Shown here piece by piece: positions 9,803-18,529 of a DNA stretch of 64,000 bases; position 1 is the first letter of the stretch, and each line of letters starts with the position of its first letter. Source of the DNA: Terriglobales bacterium (GTDB lineage Bacteria; Acidobacteriota; Terriglobia; Terriglobales; Acidobacteriaceae); assembly GCA_052147055.1 (NCBI GenBank), contig JBKQLO010000165.1:1419-65418 (forward strand), written 5' to 3'. A model generated the notes under the pieces. It did not search any database. It had not been told where the DNA came from and worked only from the letters and a program-made list of their open reading frames with translations. A program made the translations under genes and the position numbers.

Positions 9803-9833
9803 TGCGGATTTCCACGGATTCGCGCGGATCGAA
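9803..9833. repeat. solo copy of repeat family R4 (three (C/A)GCGGAT cores, about 10-bp period)
   Basis: TGCGGATTTCCACGGATTCGCGCGGATCGAA has the same unit structure and orientation as the left arm at 17419-17448. It begins 13 nt after the moeZ stop. Confidence 0.65.
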
Positions 9834-9985
9834 ACCAATTCCGCCGAAGCAGATTGCTTAACCCCCAAGGCAGCTGCGATGACAAACTCGCGGATGTGAT
9901 GTAAGTCCTTGTTTTTTCCTGCCAAGCATGGATAATGGCACGTTCTTCTTCCCCGGGGGCTTCACAAACTTAAGCAGGAGGCTCC

Positions 9986-12472
9986 ATGCCATCTTCGTTC
10001 CGCATTTTGTACTTTGGCCTCGCGGCGATTTTGACTTTCGCCCCCTGTCTTATGGCTCAAGACTCCACACCTTCGGCGCCGAACTCTGATCCCACCTATC
10101 AACAACTGCGCAATATAGCGCTGGGCAGCGAGGCAGTTTCGGTCAACGATTTCACGTTGAAGCGCGACGCTGCCACCTTCCACCTGCACTCCGGCAACGT
10201 GTGTTTTGTTTCTGCGGTGCAGGGCAAGATCACAGGGGCGGTGTTTGTCGGAGACGGGAACATGATTCTCGAGCCGCCGCTGGCCATTGAGCGCAGCACC
10301 TTGAAGCTTCTGACCAAAGAAAATGAGTTTAGCGAGAAGTTCAGCCAGTTGGTGATGCGCTTCACCGACAACACTTATGAAGAGATCAAGAAAGCCGGCG
10401 GCGTGGCCACCGGCTCTTGCGATCCCGGGCTATTGCGTGATAGTCAGAATGCGCTCCATCACAACCGCGCGTTGAGGTTTAATCTGGACGCGCGCATCCT
10501 GCAGGATGTAGGCGCGACTTCGCCGGGCGGCCTGTTCGTGGCCTTCATTCACGGCCAGCGCTACAACGACAAAGAAGTGTTTGCGATCGATCCTCACGGC
10601 GCACCTCCGTTTTTGTTCAATGTGGCGCCGGAAGAGGTGGAACTGGTCACCTACGACGATAGCAAGATGGGAGTGTGGGCGGCTTTTCATCTTTCCAGCG
10701 AATATAAGCAGGGCACGGCCTCGGGTTCGCAGAACAATGCGTTCACTCACATCGAGCGCCAGCAGCTCGACACCACCATCGAGAAGAATGCCACCCTGAC
10801 TGGCAAAGCGACCACGACTTTTGTTTCCCAGGTGAACGGATTGAGAGTAGTGCCCTTCAGCCTCTTTCCGACATTAAGAGTCCAGAGCGTAAGCGCCGAG
10901 GGCGGGCAGCCGCTCTCCTTCATTCAGGAAGGCAAGGATGAAGACGCCGAGTTTTTCTCGGTGATTTTGCCCAACCCACTGGCGGCTGGCGACCCATTCG
11001 CTATTGTGACCACCTACAGCGGGAAGGATGCGGTCTCGAACGAAGGCAACGGCAACTATTTTCCCATCGCTCGGGGGGACTGGTATCCCAGCGGCACTGG
11101 GGAAGCGTTCGGCGGGTTCAGCAACTACGAGATGACATTCCGCATTGCGAAAGGCATGAAGATCGCGGCCACGGGAACGCTGGTGAGCGAGACCACAGAA
11201 GGCGATCGCGATGTAACCGTGTGGAAGAGCGAGGTGCCGCAAACCGTGGCGGGCTTCAACTTCGGCAACTTCAATGTGCAGGAAGCGAAGATCACGAAGC
11301 CCGATTACGTGGTGCAGTCGTGGGCGAACAAGGAACCTCCGATTTGGGTGCAGCGGATGCAGCACGCGGCGGAGGGTGGCAACGACCTGGAGGTGACGCA
11401 TGATCAAATCGGCGGCCGCCCCGAGGTCACGTTGGGCAACATGAATACCACCCTGATGCAGAAGAAAGCCCTGGCCGACGGCGAAATTTCCATGGAACTT
11501 TACACCGACTATTTCGGTCCGATTCCCTTCAAGCGGCTGGCCATGACCCAGCAAACTGCCTGCAACTTCGGCCAGTCGTGGCCGACGCTGGTCTGGCTGC
11601 CGATTTGCGCATTCTTTGACAGTACCGTCCGCCATCAGCTGGGCCTGGATTTTGGCGATCGCGGATACTGGAAGACCGTGGCTCCGCACGAAGTGGCCCA
11701 CCAGTGGTGGGGGCACACGGTGGGATTCAATTCCTATCGCGATCAATGGATGAGCGAAGGTTTCGCAGACATGTCGGCTTCGCTGTTCCTGCAAGCCGTG
11801 GATAAGAATCCCAAGCGATTCATCGATTTCTGGAATGACGAACGCGAGCTGCTGACGATGAGAAACCCGCAAGGTTATCGCGCCATCGACGCCGGACCAG
11901 TCACGTTGGGATACCGGCTTAGCAACAGCCGGACAGGCGGGAATCTCACCCGCGACCTGATCTATCCCAAGGGGGCCTACATTCTGCATATGGTGCGCAT
12001 GATGATGTGGGACAAGCAGACCGGTGATCAGAACTTTAAGGCCACCATGCAGGACTTCGTCAAGACGTACGCGGGGCGCGCCGCCACCACCGAAGATTTC
12101 AAGGCCATGGTGGAAAAACACATGACCCCGGAGATGGCGGCGTTTGGCGGGGGAAAGATGGACTGGTTCTTCGATGAGTACGTTTATGGGACACAATTGC
12201 CCAGCTATAACATGCAAAGCTCGATCGACAACAACGCCGCCGGCGACATGGAGTTCAGCTTCAAGTTGACGCAGAGCAATGTGGATGCGAATTTCCGCAT
12301 GCTGGTTCCGCTCTACATCGAACTGGCGGATGGCAGCGTGCGTTTTCTGGGCCGCGCGCGTTTGACGGGAGACACTAGCATGGAGCAAAAGATTCCGTTG
12401 AAAGGACTGAAGGACAAACCGCACCGCTTACTGGTGAATTATTACGACGACGTGCTGGCCTCGGCGAACTGA
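9986..12472 (+). CDS. secreted M1-family zinc aminopeptidase
   Basis: HEVAHQWWGH plus WMSEGFA make up the HEXXH-X18-E gluzincin motif. There is an N-terminal signal peptide and an AGGAGG RBS. Confidence 0.9.
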   Translation: MPSSFRILYFGLAAILTFAPCLMAQDSTPSAPNSDPTYQQLRNIALGSEAVSVNDFTLKRDAATFHLHSGNVCFVSAVQGKITGAVFVGDGNMILEPPLAIERSTLKLLTKENEFSEKFSQLVMRFTDNTYEEIKKAGGVATGSCDPGLLRDSQNALHHNRALRFNLDARILQDVGATSPGGLFVAFIHGQRYNDKEVFAIDPHGAPPFLFNVAPEEVELVTYDDSKMGVWAAFHLSSEYKQGTASGSQNNAFTHIERQQLDTTIEKNATLTGKATTTFVSQVNGLRVVPFSLFPTLRVQSVSAEGGQPLSFIQEGKDEDAEFFSVILPNPLAAGDPFAIVTTYSGKDAVSNEGNGNYFPIARGDWYPSGTGEAFGGFSNYEMTFRIAKGMKIAATGTLVSETTEGDRDVTVWKSEVPQTVAGFNFGNFNVQEAKITKPDYVVQSWANKEPPIWVQRMQHAAEGGNDLEVTHDQIGGRPEVTLGNMNTTLMQKKALADGEISMELYTDYFGPIPFKRLAMTQQTACNFGQSWPTLVWLPICAFFDSTVRHQLGLDFGDRGYWKTVAPHEVAHQWWGHTVGFNSYRDQWMSEGFADMSASLFLQAVDKNPKRFIDFWNDERELLTMRNPQGYRAIDAGPVTLGYRLSNSRTGGNLTRDLIYPKGAYILHMVRMMMWDKQTGDQNFKATMQDFVKTYAGRAATTEDFKAMVEKHMTPEMAAFGGGKMDWFFDEYVYGTQLPSYNMQSSIDNNAAGDMEFSFKLTQSNVDANFRMLVPLYIELADGSVRFLGRARLTGDTSMEQKIPLKGLKDKPHRLLVNYYDDVLASAN

Positions 12473-12493
12473 GGCGAGTGGAGAAGGAAATGG

Positions 12494-12520
12494 AAAAGGG
12501 GAGCTTGCGCTCCCCTTTTT
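12494..12520. terminator. bidirectional rho-independent terminator
   Basis: AAAAGGGGAGC-TTGC-GCTCCCCTTTT has a perfect 11-bp stem flanked by A and T runs. It lies between convergent genes. Confidence 0.8.
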
Positions 12521-12534
12521 CTCTCGGCAGAACC

Positions 12535-12936
12535 TTACTTCGAGCTGCCGCTCATTTCCGCGCTGGATGATCCTTCGTCGATGGCCAGCGCGTACTTCTT
12601 GCCATCAAAACGGATTTCAGACAGCGATTTGCTGCCGTCACCGTTGCTCTTGAGCACGGTGGAGTTTGAACCGCTGGACTGGTCCAGGTCTACGATCCGC
12701 GCCGTAGTAGAGGCGACCACGGTGCTGCCTTTGAGAATGTTCAACTGCACGTTGGAACCCGTGCCTTCCCACTTCACGGAGTAATCGCCGGCGGGAACAA
12801 TCTTTCCGCTCACGGTGACGGAGTTCTCGAGTTGAAGCGATCCCTTGTTGTTGTGGATATTGGCTGCGAATACGCTGGTTGCCAGCAGCAAACTCAAGCC
12901 CAGCAGCAAGCCCTTGGAAACATTTGCGAACTTCAT
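12535..12936 (-). CDS. small secreted hypothetical protein
   Basis: 133 aa with a signal peptide (MKFANVSKGLLLGLSLLLATSVFA) and a Ser/Gly-rich beta-type sequence. Confidence 0.7.
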   Translation of the reverse strand: MKFANVSKGLLLGLSLLLATSVFAANIHNNKGSLQLENSVTVSGKIVPAGDYSVKWEGTGSNVQLNILKGSTVVASTTARIVDLDQSSGSNSTVLKSNGDGSKSLSEIRFDGKKYALAIDEGSSSAEMSGSSK

Positions 12937-13010
12937 GCAATTCTCCTTTTTATTTCCCGAACGTCGGGAACCGGTTCTGGGCGGCTTGGACCTGCCTCGT
13001 GCAAAAAAAC

Positions 13011-13038
13011 TTGCGTTTCTCCGCCAAAGGCCTAGAAT
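13011..13038 (+). promoter_or_regulatory. candidate sigma70-type promoter (TTGCGT-16 nt-TAGAAT)
   Basis: -35 at 13011-13016 and -10 at 13033-13038. No convincing ORF follows; see the sRNA finding. Confidence 0.3.
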
Positions 13039-13553
13039 GCTGCGGCGGGGTTAAGGAGAAAGCAACCGGGCCGCAAGGACCTGCTGCTCTCTGCTACAGG
13101 GATTGCGCTCACCTGGGCCGCCAAACCGAGTGTGAGCCAGTCCCTCAACCCCTGAAACTTTTCTTGCGCCGGGCGGGCTGGTTGGTCTGCCCGGCTTTCC
13201 TGTACCTAAACTGATACGCTTCTAGATGCTCGAAAGTTCCTTCCCGGTCTAAATTGCAATCACCCAGTTGGACGGCCTGCCCCACGCAGCGTTAGCAATT
13301 TTGCGATGGCATACAGCCGCCGCTTGTTTAGTCTATTTCAACAAATTGCAATCGCGACAAATCGTGACAAGATTTCACATTTCTTTAACACGAGAGTGCG
13401 AATGCACGCGAGATACCAAGAGTATGGAACGCGCTTTTGTTGATTCCTTGCGAGAAAGCAGGGGAGAGCAGACAACGGGTGTGACCGTTGGCGGGATGCG
13501 GCGTTCGTGAGCGGACAACAGCGGGAGCGGGACGCCCCCGCGACAGCCGGCGA

Positions 13554-13581
13554 GGACCCTTCGACTTCGCTCAGGGCAGGC
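13554..13581. repeat. repeat family R1 core (GGACCCTTCGACTTCGCTCAGGGCAGGC)
   Basis: The core is flanked by a GCCGGCG/CGCCGGC stem. Its right end runs into the qor stop codon at 13590-13592. Confidence 0.75.
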
Positions 13582-13589
13582 CGCCGGCG

Positions 13590-14552
13590 CTACCTTGGGG
13601 TGATTTGCAAAACCACTTTGCCGAAGTTCTTTCCCTCGCCGAGTAACCGGTACGCGTCGGCGGCTTGCTCCATGGGAAACACTCGTCCGATCACGGGATG
13701 CAAATGTCCTTGCGAGGTCCACGCCGAAAGCTGCTTCCAGGCTTGGTTCATCAACTCGCGATTTGCCGAGAGATAGGTCAGCCACAGTCCGTGCACACTG
13801 GCGCCTTTGGCATAGAGCAGGCGGGGATCGAGTGTGGACTTCTCTCCCGTGGCGCTGCCATAGACGATTACGCGGCCGAAATCTCGCAAGCAACGCGCGC
13901 TTTTGTTGGTGTGCTCGCCGCCCAGCATTTCAAACACCGCGTCCACGCCTTCCCCATGGGTGAGATCCCGAATGGATTCCTCGTAATCACGCTGTTTGTA
14001 GTTGATGCCGTGCTGTAGGCCTAGTTCGGCAGTACGCGCGAGCTTGTCATCAGAAGATGAAGTCCCGTACATTTCCATGCCGAGCAGTTTGCCGATCTGC
14101 ACGGCGGCGGTGCCCACCCCGCCAGCGACGGCGTGAATCAGCACGCGCGGCGCCTTCTTTGCCGGAGTCAGCAGGCCGGCCTTCCAGTAGGCGAGGTAGG
14201 CAGTGAAATAGTTAACCGGAAAAGCGGCGCCTTCTTCCGCACTCCATCCCTCGGGCACCGGCCATAGCAACTGCGCCGGGGCGGCGACACGTTCGGCGAA
14301 GGCCGCCCATTGCGTATAGCCCATGACGCGCAGGCCGTCGCTTTGTGTTGCGCCGCAGAATTCACGTCCGGCAATCAACGGTGGTTTCGGAGTCCCTGGG
14401 TAGCCGCCGCTGGCGGTCATGACATCGGCAAAATTCAGGCCGCCAGCCTCGACCTGCACCAGCACTTGACCGGCATTGGCCGCAGGCTCAGGCATGTCGC
14501 GAATCTCAAGCACTTCCGGGCCGCCCAAGCGGCTGATGATGACCGCCTTCAT
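13590..14552 (-). CDS. qor: NADPH:quinone oxidoreductase / zinc-type alcohol dehydrogenase superfamily (MDR)
   Basis: MKAVIISRLGGPEVLEI..., AGGLNFAD, and the VLIHAVAGGVGTAAVQI Rossmann loop. I start at the ATG at 14552 rather than the ORF-track 14729 extension. Confidence 0.88.
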   Translation of the reverse strand: MKAVIISRLGGPEVLEIRDMPEPAANAGQVLVQVEAGGLNFADVMTASGGYPGTPKPPLIAGREFCGATQSDGLRVMGYTQWAAFAERVAAPAQLLWPVPEGWSAEEGAAFPVNYFTAYLAYWKAGLLTPAKKAPRVLIHAVAGGVGTAAVQIGKLLGMEMYGTSSSDDKLARTAELGLQHGINYKQRDYEESIRDLTHGEGVDAVFEMLGGEHTNKSARCLRDFGRVIVYGSATGEKSTLDPRLLYAKGASVHGLWLTYLSANRELMNQAWKQLSAWTSQGHLHPVIGRVFPMEQAADAYRLLGEGKNFGKVVLQITPR

Positions 14553-14782
14553 GGGGAAAAGTCTAACAGCAAGCAGCCCAGGATTGGCAGGCGGCAGTGG
14601 ATCACATGCAATTGTGACCAGTGTAATCGTGACCGTTTTGTTCCGGGTATATACTTCAGGGGAATAATGTTGGTTTCCCGCCGGATGTATGGGCGGGGCG
14701 GAGCGCGGTTTCATAACAGGTTCCCTCATATGCTCCGGAAATAGATCACTGGTTCGCCAATGGCTTTCGGTAGTGGCGGCCG

Positions 14783-15925
14783 GTGCGGGACCGGGTTCAC
14801 CTGGCCTTACGGTCCCGGGAGGAAGTGCCAGTGGACTTAATATTGGTTCGTCTTTTATTTGTTATTTTCGTTGCGGTTACATGCTTTCTGATTCAGCCGT
14901 TCGGCTTGGATGCCTGGAAGGACGCGGGTGTCGGGACTGCGCTGGGCGTCGCGATAGTGATCTTCGAGTGGCGGCTGCGGCTGGTAAGTTTGAAGCGGCT
15001 GATCGGGGCCGCGATTGGCAGCATCCTGGGGATTTTTGGCGCCTATCTCTTCGCCCTGGTGATCCGCAGCAGTATTCCCGCCGGGCACACCCAGAGCTTC
15101 CTGCAAATCATGGTGATGTTGCTGATGGCCTACGTCGGCCTGGTGGTGGGAGCCAACAAGGGCGACCTGCTCAACCTGGCTGCGCTGGGCGGAATTTTTG
15201 GCGGGGAGAAGCAATCCAAGAAGAGCTACAAGATTCTGGACACCAGCGTCATCATTGACGGGCGCATCTCCGACATCGCCGAGACCGGGTTCCTGGACGG
15301 CACGATCGTGATTCCGCAGTTCGTACTGCGCGAGTTGCAACTGGTGGCGGATTCCGCGGATTCTTTGAAGCGCAACCGTGGGCGCCGCGGGCTGGACATC
15401 CTGCAACGGCTGCAAAAGGTCGCTTCGGTTCAGATCCAGATTGTGGAAGATGATTTCCCCGCGGTGCGCGAGGTGGATCTCAAGCTGATTGAACTGGCCA
15501 AGCTGTATGAAGGCAAGATCATCACCAACGATTTCAACCTCAACAAAGTGGCGCAACTCCAAGGCGTGGACGTGTTGAACATCAACGAACTGGCCAACTC
15601 GCTCAAACCGATCGTGCTGCCGGGCGAGATCATGAAGGTGTTCGTGTTGAAGGAAGGCAAAGAATACAACCAGGGCGTGGCTTACCTCGACGACGGAACC
15701 ATGGTGGTGGTGGACAATGCGCGCAAGATGATTGGCAAGACCATCGATATTTCCGTGACCTCAGTGCTGCAAACCACGGCGGGGAAAATGATCTTCGGGA
15801 AGTGGGATGAACGGGCGGCAGCGCGCGGCGAATCGCGGCCAGCGGTGGTGGTGACTACCACGGTAGCTTCCGTCTCCGGAGGCGAACCCAAGAAGCCGGT
15901 GATGGTGGACCGGCCGGCGGAGTAG
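14783..15925 (+). CDS. PIN/TRAM domain protein (YacL-like) with N-terminal TM helices
   Basis: [13 protein letters not shown]...PQFVLRELQ is a PIN domain, and there is a C-terminal TRAM-like beta domain. The B. subtilis yacL-ispD-ispF synteny is echoed here. The start is uncertain (possibly GTG near 14832). Confidence 0.82.
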   Translation: MRDRVHLALRSREEVPVDLILVRLLFVIFVAVTCFLIQPFGLDAWKDAGVGTALGVAIVIFEWRLRLVSLKRLIGAAIGSILGIFGAYLFALVIRSSIPAGHTQSFLQIMVMLLMAYVGLVVGANKGDLLNLAALGGIFGGEKQSKKSYKILDTSVIIDGRISDIAETGFLDGTIVIPQFVLRELQLVADSADSLKRNRGRRGLDILQRLQKVASVQIQIVEDDFPAVREVDLKLIELAKLYEGKIITNDFNLNKVAQLQGVDVLNINELANSLKPIVLPGEIMKVFVLKEGKEYNQGVAYLDDGTMVVVDNARKMIGKTIDISVTSVLQTTAGKMIFGKWDERAAARGESRPAVVVTTTVASVSGGEPKKPVMVDRPAE

Positions 15926-15946
15926 TTAGCCGCGATAGCAGGTGGC

Positions 15947-16366
15947 TCAACGCAGACTGCGAACCGAGACCACTTTGATGGTGCCTCCAGAACGAGTGCC
16001 GGCAATCGTGGCTCTTTGACCGGCCCAGCGGCCGAGTTCATCGGCATTTCCATCCAGTGTGTATTCCTTATCTCCATTGACCAACGAATAGTTTGCGCCG
16101 TTTCGGACGCAAGCCAGCGTACACTCGGAGGGGCTCTTTCCCGAACTTCCAGGATGACGGGCGCCGCATTGACTGTCGGTAATCACACCCGAGAAGGTCG
16201 GCTGCGGGGCCGCGCTGTTAGATTCCTCTGCCGTGGCAGTTGCGGGAGCAGCGGCCGCTAGAACCGCCGAAGCGCCGGTGAACACCGCTGCGAGAGCAAG
16301 CGCCGCGGCCAGCGACGCGCTGGCACAAAAAGCCAGTAACGAAAACCAGGAACGATTCGCTCTCAC
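15947..16366 (-). CDS. small secreted/anchored Cys-containing hypothetical protein
   Basis: GTG at 16366, 4 nt after GGAGG. A hydrophobic N-terminus is followed by ...SQCGARH...ECTLACV...TIKVVSV. The ORF-track version (to 16612) has an implausible Arg/Ser-rich extension. Confidence 0.55.
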   Translation of the reverse strand: MRANRSWFSLLAFCASASLAAALALAAVFTGASAVLAAAAPATATAEESNSAAPQPTFSGVITDSQCGARHPGSSGKSPSECTLACVRNGANYSLVNGDKEYTLDGNADELGRWAGQRATIAGTRSGGTIKVVSVRSLR

Positions 16367-16680
16367 GCTTCCTCCGAGGGTACGCTCAACCGGAACTGGC
16401 AGCGTCGCCTCTCTTGGTTCCGCAAATAAAGTGCCAAGTTGCCACCGCAAAGGAACGTGGCGTAAGTTATGGGCAGTCTTAATCTTGCGAGGGCATGGGT
16501 GGTGCGAGGCGACATGAAGATGCTGGCTCACCCGGCAAGAACTGCTCGGTGCGGCGCAAAATGCCTTCCGGTTAGAAGATCTTAACCGCGAAGGGCGCAA
16601 AGGTGATCGCAAAGATCGCGAGGGAAGTCAGGCCGATGATTTGAAACCCTGCCTTCGACCCTCGTATACTTGCAGCCCCG

Positions 16681-17409
16681 ATGAAGGTCGTCGTCATTAT
16701 TCCGGCTGCGGGCCTGGGCACGCGTATGGCCTCGGCTGCGAGCATCAAGGGCAAGAAGCCTGCCGCTTCCAAACAATTTACTGAACTCGCCGGCACCCCG
16801 ATTCTTATTCACACCCTGCGTAAGTTTGCCGCCAGCGCGGAGGTGACAGAGATCTGCATCGCACTGCGCGCGAACGAAATCGCGGGCTTCCGCACGCGTC
16901 TGGAAAAAGAAGCCAAGGACGTTGTGAAGAAGAAAATTCAGTTCGTGGAAGGCGGTGAGCACCGGCAGCAGTCGGTAGCTCATGCCCTGACAGCAATTTC
17001 GGCGGCGGCGGATGATATTGTTCTGGTCCATGACGCGGTGCGGCCTTTCGTCACGGCGGAAATTATTCATGAAGTAATTGAGGCCGCCCGGAAATATGGC
17101 GCTGCCGTTGCCGGAGTGCCTGCGGTGGACACGATCAAGGAAGTGCAGCGCACGGCGGAAGGCGCAGTGATCACGGCGACCATCCCGCGGGAACGCGTAG
17201 TGATGGCGCAAACGCCGCAAGGCTTCCGTTACGAGGTGCTGAAGAAAGCCTTCGATGAAGCGACCGCCGACGGATTTCTGGGGACTGACGAGGCTTCTCT
17301 GGTGGAGCGATCAGGACATGAAGTGGCGGTGGTGATGGGATCGGCGCGCAATATAAAGATCACCACGCCGGCAGACTTGGAGTTGGCGGAGTTCTATTTG
17401 GGGAAGTGA
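16681..17409 (+). CDS. ispD: 2-C-methyl-D-erythritol 4-phosphate cytidylyltransferase
   Basis: IIPAAGLGTRM, VLVHDAVRP and QTPQGF blocks. Confidence 0.92.
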   Translation: MKVVVIIPAAGLGTRMASAASIKGKKPAASKQFTELAGTPILIHTLRKFAASAEVTEICIALRANEIAGFRTRLEKEAKDVVKKKIQFVEGGEHRQQSVAHALTAISAAADDIVLVHDAVRPFVTAEIIHEVIEAARKYGAAVAGVPAVDTIKEVQRTAEGAVITATIPRERVVMAQTPQGFRYEVLKKAFDEATADGFLGTDEASLVERSGHEVAVVMGSARNIKITTPADLELAEFYLGK

Positions 17410-17416
17410 CCCCGTT

Positions 17417-17905
17417 TTCGCCGCGGATTTACGCGGATGAACGCGGATCAATCTTAGGTCTTTGAGCTTAAACTTGCGGCATGCATTCCGTTATCGGCCT
17501 GAAGCATGCTGAATTGAGTGAGAAGATCATCGGCGTGTTCTTTGATGTCTACAATGAGCTGGGGCACGGTTTTCTGGAAAGCGTGTACGAAGAAGCGATG
17601 GGCATGGCTTTGATTGAAACCGGTATCAGCGTGCAACAGCAGGTTCCGATTAAGGTTTGGTTTCGAGGTCGTCGCATCGGAGATTTCAAGGCAGACATGC
17701 TGGCTGATGGAAAAGTGCTACTGGAACTCAAGGCTGCCCGCGGCGTCGATGTTGCCTACGAAAAGCAGTTGCTGAACTACCTTCGGGCAACGGACGTAGA
17801 AGTTGGATTGCTGCTCAACTTCGGTGTAAAACCTGAGTTCAGGCGTTTCGCCTTTGTGAACCAAAGAAAAGAAATCCGCGTTGATCCGCGTAAATCCGCG
17901 GCGAA
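17417..17905. mobile_element. inverted-repeat-bounded cassette carrying a GxxExxY gene (putative non-canonical mobile insert)
   Basis: The arms at 17419-17448 and 17874-17903 are 29/30 complementary, extendable to 32 bp. Each arm has three CGCGGAT cores at an exact 10-bp spacing. The cassette sits between ispD and ispF. No transposase is present. Confidence 0.5.
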
Positions 17906-17921
17906 CGAGGGGTGGGCTTGA
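17481..17921 (+). CDS. GxxExxY family protein (PD-(D/E)XK-like fold family)
   Basis: GFLESVYEEAM contains GxxExxY. The size and the LELKA... block are typical of the family. The C-terminal 16 aa are encoded by the right repeat arm and flank, and the stop overlaps the ispF start. Confidence 0.8.
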   Translation: MHSVIGLKHAELSEKIIGVFFDVYNELGHGFLESVYEEAMGMALIETGISVQQQVPIKVWFRGRRIGDFKADMLADGKVLLELKAARGVDVAYEKQLLNYLRATDVEVGLLLNFGVKPEFRRFAFVNQRKEIRVDPRKSAANEGWA

Positions 17922-18385
17922 GAATTGGCTATGGGTGGGATTCGCATGAGTTCAAGGCGGGCATTCCGCTGAAGATTGGTGGCGTGACTTTGCCGCACTC
18001 CCACGGCCTGGGCGGACATTCGGATGGCGATGTGCTTTTACATGCTTTGACGGATGCTCTGCTGGGCGCGGTAGCCGCTCCCGACATTGGCACTTTGTTT
18101 CCGCCTTCGGATGCAAAGTGGAAGGGCGCGGACTCGGCAGTGTTTTTGCGGGAAGCGCTGAAGCGGGTGAGCGCTGCGGGTTACACGATTGAAAACGTCG
18201 ATTCCACCTTGATTCTTGCGGCGCCTAAGATTGGGCCACACGCGGTGGCGATTCGTGAGAGCGTCGCGAAGCTGCTTGGCATTTCTACGGATTGCGTTGG
18301 GCTTAAGGCCAAGACTCCAGAAGGTACGGGTACCGATAATGCCGCCATCGCGCATGCGGTGATCTTGCTGGAGAAAGAGCGTTAA
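17912..18385 (+). CDS. ispF: 2-C-methyl-D-erythritol 2,4-cyclodiphosphate synthase
   Basis: RIGYGWDSHEF, GHSDGDVLLHAL and PKIGPH blocks. The true start may be the TTG at 17918, giving (M)RIGYG. Confidence 0.92.
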   Translation: MGLRIGYGWDSHEFKAGIPLKIGGVTLPHSHGLGGHSDGDVLLHALTDALLGAVAAPDIGTLFPPSDAKWKGADSAVFLREALKRVSAAGYTIENVDSTLILAAPKIGPHAVAIRESVAKLLGISTDCVGLKAKTPEGTGTDNAAIAHAVILLEKER

Positions 18386-18417
18386 CCACGAGGGACGCCA
18401 AGGTTCACAAAGGAAGG
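18384..18417. repeat. repeat family R3 copy
   Basis: AACCACGAGGGACGCCAAGGTTCACAAAGGAAGG. It overlaps the ispF stop codon. Confidence 0.75.
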
Positions 18418-18461
18418 CTTTGGGGCGTTCAGGGTTAGGCGCTGTCTAGAAAAAAAGCGCT

Positions 18462-18496
18462 AACCACAAAGGACACCAAGGTTCACAAAGGAAATC
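18462..18496. repeat. repeat family R3 copy (direct orientation relative to 18384)
   Basis: AACCACAAAGGACACCAAGGTTCACAAAGGAAATC. Confidence 0.8.
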
Positions 18497-18529
18497 CCTT
18501 CCGCCGTCATCCTCCGTTACAATTTCGCA

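Noticed and set aside
10874-12424. 516-aa ORF antisense to the M1 aminopeptidase gene
   Set aside because: It lies wholly inside a gene with unambiguous HEXXH-E aminopeptidase motifs on the other strand. Its Arg/His/Gly-rich composition is typical of shadow ORFs in high-GC DNA.
13268-13510. 80-aa ORF in the qor-downstream gap
   Set aside because: It has no RBS and no recognisable motif, and it overlaps other equally weak ORFs. I kept it only as part of the 'gene-free region' note.
13590-14729. 59-aa N-terminal extension of qor in the ORF track
   Set aside because: MDR-family quinone oxidoreductases start at MKA(V/I)...GGPEVL. The extension is unconserved-looking and overlaps the promoter/motif region.
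16573-16650. Short hydrophobic peptide tail (...IIGLTSLAIFAITFAPFAVKIF) on the minus strand upstream of ispD
   Set aside because: There is no ATG, GTG or TTG start in frame near the hydrophobic segment. The long ORFs containing it overlap ispD.
18384-18496. Two direct R3 copies with a spacer, considered as a possible mini-CRISPR
   Set aside because: There are only two copies. The repeats are internally periodic rather than CRISPR-like, there are no cas genes, and the same repeat occurs solo and inverted elsewhere.
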